Assembly: GCA_036172245.1 (NCBI GenBank)
Contig: JAYWIR010000026.1
Coordinates: 930,001-994,000, forward strand
Direction of reading: 5' to 3'
DNA length: 64,000 nt
DNA from: Raillietiella orientalis
Lineage: Eukaryota
Within the stretch, counting starts at the first letter, position 1, and each line of letters begins with the position of its first letter. The notes below the pieces were generated by a model. The model was not told where the DNA came from. It was given only the letters and a program-made list of their open reading frames with translations, and searched no databases. Below, in pieces: positions 36,681 through 46,900 of the stretch. Both the position numbers and the translations under genes were made by a program.

Positions 36681-37129
36681 CGAGTCGTCCTCCTGATGGT
36701 ATGGGAGGACTCGCGGATCGGGGGGTTACGGACGGGAGAGCTTCGCGGTGGGTGCGATCGCAACCCGGGACCAGAGAGCGGCTGGGATGTCACGGAAGCT
36801 GACCGCACTTTCGTTCGCCGACCCGCCCTCCTCCCGGGAAAGGGACGCCAAGGAGGGAGAAGGGAAGAAGAAGAAGAGTCCTGCGTGTGCCTCCTCTTTC
36901 CTTCCCACTTTTCCACTGTTCGCCAAGACCGATCTCGAGAAAACGCCTCTCGGCGCTGCGCTCACTCCGGAGTCTCGACGAGGAGCCTCCAATAGGTTAA
37001 CACCCGGTTGCACCGGGGTGCTTCTTTATATAGAATGAACATAGATTTCTTGGTCCTGCCACGTTACAAATGTTACCATGGCAACCTGCCGAGGACCGGC
37101 ACGCAGACCGGCGAAATTCGCGTCGGCAA

Positions 37130-37690
37130 CAGAACGGGGGGGAGGGGCAAACAAAAACAAAAAAAAAACAAAAAAAAAATGAACAATATGTACATTTTAA
37201 AAAAATGGGGAAGAGGATTCGGGAAGGGGTCAATGAGTGCTGGAGGACATCCTCTGCATCCTTTCCAGGATGCCGGTAAGTTCCTGTTTCATCGTTCCCA
37301 GATGGCGCTTCAAGAAGAGGACCGCAAAATAGGTAGCGTCCCTGTCGTCCTGGAATCACTTGGCGTTGCTGCACGCAGCCACGGTCCCTCCGAGAAGGCA
37401 GCAGAGTGCTGCTGGGGACGCGACCGACATGAGGGCGTCGCACAGGAAGAGGCGCTTCAAAACGTCTCTGGAGTTGCACCCGGGCATCTGTAGGGATCCG
37501 TAGCGATGCCGCCTATAGGGAACCGCGTCCGTTCCTCGTGCGCCGTGGCTTACGAAACGAAGGAGTCGAGTGCCCTGGGGCTCCACAATCGGAGAACCGC
37601 GTCGAGTCGTCGCTCGCGCCAGCGACACCTGGGTCCATCTGGAGGAGGCCTCGCGCCTGGTTCAGGGATGATTCCGGGACTTGGGTGGCA
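37130..37690 (-). mobile_element. L1/Tx1-like retrotransposon 3' end fragment
   Basis: NSRDVLKRLFLCDALMSVA and RHLGTMKQELTGILERMQR match DPRDSFRPLFVRDSMTPAA and PHLEREEKELDVIPQGMQR of the 42400-43480 copy. A T-rich tail lies at 37145-37205. Confidence 0.6.
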
Positions 37691-38296
37691 TTAAAGGGTG
37701 CGCAGCGTGCGACATCCTCTTCTGGAATTCAAGAATCTGCTGCTCGTTGTTTTGTCTTCCGGACGTAAGTGAAATGAGGAATACTGAATTGGCCCTTCGA
37801 CACTGATCCCTGTTGCCTTCTGTTCGTCCCTCCTCACGTTCGGGAGACCCACGGACATCCCTCTAGCCGAACAGGCACTCGTGTTTCCTCATGGATGATG
37901 GAAGGATGGAGAACTGGATGGCCGTCCCGGGATGGAGTCGTTCCGGTGAAGAACCTGGGAAAACGGACGGCACTTTCGGAGGTCATTTGTTCATCCGGTT
38001 TGATTACGGAGGTGATGCAGTTTTCGGAAACGCGTAGACGAGGGAAAACGACCTCACTCGGATTTCACCTCACATGAAGACACGAAATACCCGGTCACCT
38101 TCACTATCGAACCGTAAGTCCACTGGCCGCACCTTTCGGAAGACGCAAGGACTTGGCATGTTCTTCGCTCCACCGCAAGGCAATGCTGGCAGCATTTTTT
38201 CATGCCGCTATGATACAGAGTCACTGGCTCTTACGGACATCCACACGCCCATCGAAAATGCTGCGATTGGGGATTCAGTTATTGTTTTAGAAAACA

Positions 38297-38662
38297 TAGG
38301 TCAGGTCAGGTGAGATGAGGTTAGCTTACGTAAGGCGAGGTGGAATTTCGTTAGGTCAGTTTGTGTGCAGTGTAGGTTGTGGGAGGTTGGGTTGCGTGGC
38401 GAAGTGGGTGAAGCAAAATTGGCTCGGTTAGGTCCAGGTACCAAGGTGAAGTGATGTTTGCTGGGTTGGGTGAGGTTATGTGAGGTTTGGTTGTGTGAGA
38501 TGAAGGGAGGACTTGCCACGAGTGTGGGGTGGAGTGGAGTCATGTGATGTGAAGGTAGCTGAGGTGAGAGTAGGTTTGGTTAAGCGATGCTTGCTTAGAT
38601 TAGGTGATATTAGGTTGGTTTAGGTTTGGTGAGGAGCTGCAAGGTGAGGTGAGGTGAAGTTA
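38297..38662 (+). repeat. Degenerate pentamer array resembling (TTAGG)n / (TGAGG)n
   Basis: G/T-rich strand with 5-nt periodicity (TTAGG, TCAGG, TGAGG, TTGGG variants) over ~365 nt. Confidence 0.7.
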
Positions 38663-39959
38663 TGAATGGGAAGAGTATTTACACAGCTGTGTCACGCTGG
38701 AAGCTTTGCATGTTTCTGAGGTCTTCCTCTCAAAGTTGGTTTCCTTGGTGAGATTTCTGGGAGCTCTCTTGTTTCACTCTTTCGATTCGAGGGTGACCCA
38801 GTCCGTGCGATTTGCCGATCTCATTGAGGTTATGCATTTCGCAGGAGTGGATCATGCGTTCTTAGACGATGTGTGCTTTTTGTTTTTTGTTGTTCTTGCT
38901 TTTGATTTCGATATTTCTGAACAGCAGAAGATGTCGCTGCTCATCTTCGTGCTGAAGATTCTCGCAAGGGCTGTGTGGGGTCCTTTGCGAAAGGAGGGAT
39001 ATCTGAAAATTTTACGATTTGCCGCAAGCTGCTGGCTCCTACCCGGAGCGTGAACGCTTCCCACTTGCCGTCCTCTCCAGCCGAAACCAGAGTCTTATTC
39101 TCCGTCGCCTGCATCTGCGAGCCCTGCATCGGGATAGGAGGGATAGGAAAGTGGGAGAGCGAAATTGCACCTCTGCGAAAACACACGGGGAAGCGCTGCC
39201 ATATCGAGCAGGGAAAAATCTTTGATTTTTCGGGATCAAGAATTTCTTGCCCTTCTCAGAAGGTGAGGATCTGGTGGATTTTGCACGCCAGAGTAGCCCG
39301 ACCTCCAGCAGGCGTTGCAAGGTAGCTGCTGATCTTCCAGGTTGCAGTCCTGCTAGCTAGTCGAACTTTAGAACGAAGAGAGATTAATGGTGTGGTGCGT
39401 AAATCAACAAGTACGAAGGAAACAGCTGTTTGCAAAGAAATCTTTCGGGGTGAGGAAAAAAAAGAAGCGTTTATTGACCTCGTGAAACGAGTCGTTTCAG
39501 GAGGTCAATAAACGTGATCTAACAGTGTCAGTACGGCTTTTTAGTTTTGTTCCTTGAACGCATTTATCTTTCCTGAATCCATTCTTCTCAGGGGTGGATG
39601 ACCCGATTTCTTCCGTTTGACGAAAAGGGAAAAAAGGATCCCAGACAGGACTGCTGTGATGTTGTTTGGGAAGAACTCGGGAAAGAACCGCACCCACTAG
39701 TCAAACTTGACTTTGATAGCGTTTTAGAAAACAACAAAAAAAATCACCCAGAAAGAGCGTTTGTTTCTGTTCACTCAGGTTTCCCCACTCTCGAGAAATT
39801 TCTTGGCGTTCTTCCTTGAGGCTTCCTTCGAGGAACACGTTTTGGCACGGAAGCCTGTGCTGGACGGTTCCCTCTTTCCTGTCTGAGGCTCGCGACCCGC
39901 TCAGGGCGGCTGTCGATTCGGCAGCGCCTTCCACCTGCCGAGATCGAAGATCTGGAGAT

Positions 39960-40310
39960 TATTCGCCGCGTCGGCGGCAGCGACCTTCGCGCATGGTGTC
40001 AGACGTTGCGGGTTCGAATCCCCACGTGGAGAATTGAAGCCAGGCAAACGGGTTGCTGGTGAGTTTCGAGCTCCCTAGCAAGATGACGAAGATTGGTCTA
40101 CAGACTTCGGATGCGGCGCTGCTGGAAGCCGAAAACCAGATGCCTCCGTTGGGAGCATCTGATTGGGATTGGAAAGGTCTCGGGGTTCTCCTCAGAGGAG
40201 GAGGAAGCAAAGAGGGAGCGGTTCTCTTGAGGGCTCCCTCCGGAGAGGAAATGAGGAGCGGTCTTCACTTCGGGATCCCTCCCAAGCGCAAGAGGGAAGC
40301 GAACTTTCGA
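39960..40310 (+). mobile_element. tRNA-headed SINE-like repeat, copy D
   Basis: Canonical B box GGTTCGAATCC at 40011-40021. The body is the reverse complement of blocks in copies A-C (CTCCGGAGAGGAAATGAGG, GGGATCCCTCCCAAGCG). Confidence 0.55.
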
Positions 40311-41759
40311 CTTTCCCGGTCGCTGGTGGCAAAAATTATTCATGAGCTCAAGCAGCTCGACGACGTCTCATCGCTCGTAGCACACTGATAAGACCCTTCT
40401 GCGCGGTCTGCTTTGCTCCGCCTTTCCTCCTTGGTGACGACCTGTGACCACTTCTGCGCCGCTTTCCCGCTCTCGTGTTCGCGTCGCCTTACCGCCACTG
40501 ACGGCTTGCGTTCCCACGGGCTCGCGTCTCCCTCGCCAGGAGGCAAGGGGGTCTCCTCTCGCTCTCAGAGACCTGCGGCACTCCTGCAGCGCCCTCCGCA
40601 AAACTCCACTCACGCGAACGGGCTCCGACGCGTCTCTGTGGCTGGCCACGCCCCGGGACTGCAGCACAGTCTCGCGACTGCTGGACCGGTGGATTTGAGC
40701 CTGGAGTTTTCTCCTAGCTTCCTTCCCATCCACGGCAGCACTTCTCGTTGAATGCAGCGGCCCCGTTTCCCGTCCGTGCACGAGTGCAGTTTGAGAGATA
40801 AAAATGGAATGCTTTCTTTTGAAAGGGAACTTTGTTATCCTTAGTGGTCACCATGATCACTAGGAAACAAAAAAAAGCATTTCTTTCGTTCATTCTTTCG
40901 GTCATCTCCGTGTAAATGCACGAGCGCGGCACACGCCTTTGATCCCTCAGTCAAAGAATAATTGTCATGATGGGGTGTTTCTTCGGTCGCCTTGTTGTTT
41001 CTCTCGCCGTCCTACCAGCAGTGACGGGAGGTTCTCCCCGAGGCGTAGAAGCTGCGCAGCAGCTCGGAGCGCGAGCGGTGGATGGTGCGGGCGGAGTCGG
41101 GAACCTGGACTTTCGAACCTGCTGCCTCGTTCCTGCCTTTTTTTCCTGGGACCTTTGCGACTTGGAAGGTGCGGTGGTGCTGTCCGGAGACTTTCCCGTG
41201 CAATATCCCCGATCCTCGAGGAGCGGGAACGCTCGGCCAGCAGGTACTCCCCTTCAGGTTTTCTTTTTTTTTTCCGGAATCCCGAACGCCGAAATCCCGA
41301 TCGATCGCAGCCCCGAGAGATCACCAAAAATCCAACACACATGTTTATTACATAGATCACTACATATATTTATGTGTGGATTAATACACAAATCTATTTG
41401 AACGCACGTATTTATTATCTGTTAACACACGTATGATCGATATAATTAATCACATGGATTAATGTATATATTAGATGTATATACAAATATGCGTGCGTGT
41501 TTATTATAGACATTAATAAATACATATTCAGTGAATAGATAAGTATAGAATTATAAACATATTTACATGAATCGAATTCGTCATTTCCTGAGAAAATTGC
41601 TGGATTCTTGGAGAATTCGTATAAAAATGGAGTAGATGTAAATTTAGAACGGTGGAAAAATTCACCTACGCGACATTCACCACAATCCATCCCTGCTTTA
41701 TTCCAAAGCGAACAGCCACAAGGATGCAAATAAAAGGTATTTACCCGGTGACACCGGGA

Positions 41760-42150
41760 CGTTCATGAGAAAAAAAAAGTACTACAAGAGGGAAACCCTC
41801 AAAAACAAACCAATGGCAAAAAAGAAAAAAGAAGTTCTTTCAGGTTAACCACCGGCGCGCAGGCTGGCTTCCAAAAAGTAGGGAACAGAAGAACAATAAA
41901 TAAATAAAAAAAGATGGGAGGATGGGAACAGGGGTCCTTGGTTGAAGACGTTCCTTTCCTTCTCGATGCGGCTGTAGATGGTGGCGATCTCCCTGGCGAC
42001 TTCTCCTGACAGATGAGGCTACCTTGCTGCTGTCCTCATGAGGGCTGCTGGGATGCCGATGGCGCCTCCTTTCGCTGCGAACCTGACCCCAACACGTGGT
42101 GGGCTGTCTCGGTTACACGGATGCAACAGAGGGTTGCGATCACAGCACGT
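41760..42150 (-). mobile_element. L1/Tx1-like retrotransposon 3' end fragment
   Basis: Peptide ALMRTAAR*PHLSGEVAREIATIYSRIEKE followed by a T-rich 3' UTR. Paralog of 36300-36580. Confidence 0.6.
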
Positions 42151-42399
42151 AAGAGAATTAACGCCCCGGAGCACCCAGGTGTGAAATCGCAGCACCGAAG
42201 GACCTCCTTCGAAAAGCCCTCTGGAGAAATGGGAGGTCCCGAGTCCGATTAAAAGACTTCTGCGCTTCTCGTCGCGACGGAGGACTGGGACTCCTGACGT
42301 TGGAGCGCATGGAAGTTCAACTGAACTTCCGAAGGCTGACCTTCGCAACCCTGTTTGCGTGTCACCATCGCCGGCTTCCATCCTGTGGCTTCCCTCTCC

Positions 42400-43480
42400 G
42401 GTGTGTGGCTGCTCAAAGGGGAACGGGAACACGAACGTGAAAGCGAACACGTGGATTTGCTGCCGCCTTGAGAACACTCCGGCCTGCCTGCAGAAAGAAG
42501 TGAGGACGTTGGTCCAGCTCATCCGAGTCCCTCCAGAAGTTACCAGCTGCCGAGAGTTTCAGAAGAACAGCAGAAGAACACTGGAGGCGGTGGGTAGTGA
42601 GCTGACCAGGTTGGCCTACCCAGCAGCCACCCCCTTCGCTGCAGCTGTGCCCTCCGCTGTCGGGGTACGTGGAAACTGCCCACTGGTGAATTGGGAGGTT
42701 TCCTGCGAGATCTCGGCACGCAGTAAGCCTATCGGTGGCTGGACTACGCATCAGCTGACTGACTCAGCAACAGCAAGAACCGTCTCTAAAGGACTGGAAC
42801 GTTGGGGCAAACTCTTCTCCATTCAGCTTGAAGAGCTGGATGTATCCTCTTTGTTTATGGACTGTAAGCTGCTTCTTCTCAAGTGGCAGCAGTCAGCGCT
42901 GCTGGTGCTGCACTGGGGTCTCCCGTGCAATGCGCGCTAGCACCACTGGACGAGGGGAAGCGCGCCACTGAACTGTGCCAGGTGTGGAGAGAAGGAGGCC
43001 ATCCCCCACCTCATAGTGCAGTGCGTCGCCCTCCGGCACTTGTGGGAACGTTTCTCCGCGTCCCTTTCGCACCCCATGGGCGATCCCAGAGACTCTTTTA
43101 GGCCCCTCTTCGTGAGGGACTCCATGACGCCCGCAGCCCAATCGCAGCGCTGTGCAGCGTGCGCGGTGTCGTCGCGGCGAAGTGCAGCGCCGAGAGAGTC
43201 TGAAGCGATGGGAGGTTGCCCTGCACGGCATCTTGCAGATAGCGTTAAGGTGGCCTCACCTGGAAAGGGAGGAGAAGGAGCTCGACGTCATCCCTCAAGG
43301 GATGCAGAGGCCTCACCTATCACGAAATGTGATCCCTTCCCTTCCCCCCAACTAATTTTTGTTTTTGTTTTTTAGTTTTTATTGTTTGTTATAGTCTGTT
43401 TCTTTTTTTCCTAGTTTTGTTTTATCCCTCTTGCCCTTCGTGGACGTGATGGACCTCGCTGGCCTCCCCTTAGTTTTTAA
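42400..43480 (+). mobile_element. L1/Tx1-clade non-LTR retrotransposon, 5'-truncated ORF2 C-terminus and 3' UTR
   Basis: LHWGLPCNAR*HHWTRGSAPLNCARCGEKEAIPHLIVQCVALRHLWERF matches the zf-RVT CxxC..H..C..W finger of L1/Tx1 ORF2. It has an in-frame stop and a T-rich tail at 43355-43425. Confidence 0.75.
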
Positions 43481-43599
43481 TGTAATAATTGGGATCGGTG
43501 AGTCCTTTGGCTTCATTGATCACTCTAAGAGGAATCCTCATCCTTCCATTCGGGTGTAAAATCACAGCACCGAATGGAAGGATGGACAATTCTCCACCT

Positions 43600-44120
43600 T
43601 CCTAATTATTGGAGCCATGCTACGAGGGGCGCCACAGCGGGTTTCACTCATCAGGACGTCTCATGAGGTGTCTTGGGAGAACTCCTTTCCGTCCGAGAGC
43701 TGCCCCTCGTCGCGGGGTTGTCCCAGGTATTGGGCGTCATCCGACCCAGCCCGATTGCAGCGGATACACGAGGAGACCTTGAGGTTCCGCATTTCATCCT
43801 CATGAGCAAGTGGGACGTCCGGTTCACGGAGGACTTCTTCGTTGCTGGGGTCCCGAGCTCCCAAAGGTCCAGTCAGTGGTGACTACATCGACTCCTTTTT
43901 TGGATAGTAGGTCGGCGGCATCTTGATATTTGGACGCTTCCTAGTTCCTGGCGATGCCGGAGGCAGGGGGGAGCTACGTCTGCAGCACTACCATCCTGTT
44001 GGCCTCCTGCAATACCGGATCGCGCCTCAGGACGGAACCGAGACCAGGGACGCGGACGAATAGGTTTCCGTCTCGCTGTTTGCTGTCGCTGCTGTTTCGG
44101 TCGCCTCCACAGCCGCTCCA
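43600..44120 (+). mobile_element. Possible Tx1-like ORF1 / endonuclease-start remnant
   Basis: LGELLSVRELPLVAGLSQVLGVIR...LEVPHFILMSKWDVRF resembles Tx1-type ORF1, and ILLASCNTGS resembles an APE N-terminus. Heavily deleted. Confidence 0.3.
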
Positions 44121-44419
44121 TGCCTGGCCGCATGCAGAAGAGAGTGCCTCGTGCAGGGATTCGTCCAGATGAGGCGACCCCTCCCACCGACCAGAACGGC
44201 GACACGAGCGATCAGCATCTCTCCTTCTGGCAGCTTCTCTTACGAGAAAGCAGATTCTGCCTCGCAGCGTGGGTGAACCTGCAGTCCCCAAATCTCCAGT
44301 GGCCCCCCTTTGCAAGAGTTCGAAGAGATCCGCCGTGGGACAGAGCTTCTCCTTCATCCTGATCCTTCTGCATCAGGAATTTGCTGTGCCTTCTCGCGTT
44401 GTGCAGCTCTTACGAAGGG

Positions 44420-45320
44420 GGAAAGTCATCCCCTCGTGCTGACGTCAGCAATCATCTCGCCAATTTGGATTGTCGGCTCTTCTCTTTGAAACTTCCAAAC
44501 TGAACTCTTCCAAACTCCTTCGAAGAAACCTGTCTCTCGATGGTCCACAAGCTTCGCACATCTCCGTTCAGTCTGTAAAACTTTCCAGATGTGTTTCCCG
44601 ACATAAGTTTGCCAAAGATCATTTTTTGTGAGTGTCGAAAGGATTTTCTGCAGCACCATCGGGCAAACAGTTTCGTGGTCTGGTTTTCTGGAAGCATCAC
44701 CCAGTGAGGGTGACAAGTGTTGAGGGTGAAAGTGATAAGTGAGACCATCTTGTAACAGTTGTGTCAACACTTATTACACAGCTGTTCCAAGATGAAAATC
44801 TCCGAATCATCCGACAGCTTCCTGAGACCATGACAACCTTCTTCCCTCCCTCGCTAAAGGAATTTATTGGCTGCCTAGGACGGAAGATACAGCAGTGTCT
44901 TGTTCGTCTGTCTTGTTTCGTTGTCCAGTTCTCTTTCTCAGGCGTTCTCAGTGCCTCTTGCAGTGTACAAGACTGGCGAAGAGACGGTTTTCATAGCATC
45001 GATTTTTCGACAAGCTGAAAGACCACGATTCAAGATGCACGCAGGCAAGAATTTCTTCCTTCGTCGTATGGGTCTCGAATATATTTCCATTCCAAGAGGC
45101 CTTCCTAGGTACTTGAAGGCCTCTGATGTATTGATGTTGGGAACTGAACCGCTGCTGACGGTCAAATCTCGAGGTGTATCGCCACAATAGAAAAGGCGGG
45201 AGACATGTGGAAGGATTAACTGCTAAGCCAGCTCTAGCAACGAGATCTTCAAAATGGCGTGGCCGCTCTATTAGATGCTTTTCGGGATCTGAAAGGACCA
45301 CCAAATCATCCGCAATTACG
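44420..45320 (-). mobile_element. RLE-type (R2/NeSL/Utopia-like) non-LTR reverse transcriptase C-terminal fragment
   Basis: IADDLVVLSD...AGLAVNPSTC...EAFKYLGRPLG...ILNRGLSACRKIDAMKTVSSPVLY corresponds to the RT catalytic ADD, GLxxN and KYLG motifs plus thumb. Frameshifted. Confidence 0.75.
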
Positions 45321-45732
45321 ACAACGTTTTCATATTCAGCTTTTCTTTTTCCTTTTTTTAATTTGCTTGCCTTTTCACATTTTTTCCACCATTTTCAGTT
45401 CTCCCAATTATTTTTTGTTTTTTTTTTTAATTCCATATTTATATATTCATTTAATGTATATTCATTAAATATATAAATATGTATTGATGTATACAACAAA
45501 CGCATATATTTTTACAATCTTTAATGTTTACATTAATAGTGTACTAATCCATATCCATTATATCACTAATACATATGTTAATAAATGTTAATCGGTATGT
45601 GTGCTGAAAGAATACTAATATTAATAAGATGTGTTAATAAATATATATGTTAAAATAAATTTGTATTCTCTAAAATATATTTGTGTATCATTTGTATATA
45701 TACTCACATATGTATATACAAATACAAATATG

Positions 45733-45819
45733 TGCATAATAGGCATACATATATTTATAGTTATGCATAATAGGCATACATATATTTATAGTTATGCATA
45801 ATAGGCACACATATATTTA
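45733..45819. repeat. 31-bp tandem repeat, 2.8 copies, in an AT-rich island (~45330-45890)
   Basis: TGCATAATAGGCATACATATATTTATAGTTA units start at 45733, 45764 and 45795. Confidence 0.9.
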
Positions 45820-45999
45820 CAATCCTTATAATTTATAATCTATATGCAGATATGTATGATAAGTAAATACCTCTATTTTTTATAATCCTTCGCGCGATTT
45901 TGATCTGCATCTCCCTTGAAGGTAACCTCCCTCTTCCTTTGTCTCCAAGTGCAGATTTTCGCTTTTGAATGTAAGGTCCGTGTCAACCTCATGTGGTTT

Positions 46000-46900
46000 C
46001 CATATTTTGTTTTATCTGCTTCAGGTGCAAGAAGTTTCCCCTTCGAGGAAGGACGGCATGTGGCTGCAGTCACTCTCTAGTCATCATGGTTCGCCGCAGG
46101 CTCTGTACGCCATCACACCAAACGCGTCAGCACGCTGATCAGGCACTGTTTGGACCCATATTCACCGAGGCGACCACAAGCTTGAAGCTGGCCTTCTAAT
46201 CTTGCAGTCGGTGGCAGCTGCTCTTCAAAACCTATCCCGGGCACTTCCATCCGTCTGAAAAAGAGTTGTGCCATCCGTGAATGCCAGAGACGGTTTACTT
46301 CGATAGTCACGAAGGACCTCAGACGGTCCTCCACGGTTCTGTTCTCTGAGGGAGCGTGAGGATGTGAAACCAGTGCTGCTCCCATCTTCGTGTTTCCAAC
46401 TCTTGTAGAAATAAGCAACTCTGAACGCAACGAATCATCCCCTGCACTTTGGTTTCCACTTTTTCAAAATCCATTTCTCAAAAAAAAAGAAAAAAACGAA
46501 AGACAAGATAGAGGAATAAAGGGAATCTAGGATTACAGTCACCATGAACCTCGATACCATAGTAGGAGATCGATACCTATAAAGTATGGTACCAACACAT
46601 ACGAATATCCAACTTTTTTGAAGAGAACGGCAGTGAGATGGGAGGAAGTCGCCAGCTTCCAGTGCTTCAGGTTAGCTCCTTTGACCTGGGTCACAACTCG
46701 TCACGCCTCTCTGCAATAATCTCTGCCTGTTTATCAATACACTTCTTGAGGGATGTGGCATCTCAGCGCAAATCCTCCTGTTTTTTGCACCTCGAGCACA
46801 GGGGACTGTCAACACCTTGTCTGATGAGCGATGCCTTCGCATATCAAGTCACGCTACGTGCCATGGTTCTTAATTTGCACACAATAATTTATGCTTAATT
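46000..46900 (-). mobile_element. Decayed RLE-type non-LTR element C-terminus (zinc knuckle + restriction-like endonuclease)
   Basis: SPLCSRCKKQEDL...KC...EIIAERRDEL (CxxC...C...RHD-like) is followed by FVTIEV/TV and FKLVVASV, similar to the IIDVTV and PIVVG endonuclease motifs. Many stops. Confidence 0.45.

Noticed and set aside
39960..40035. Possible tRNA gene
   Set aside because: B box present but no cloverleaf; better explained as a SINE head.
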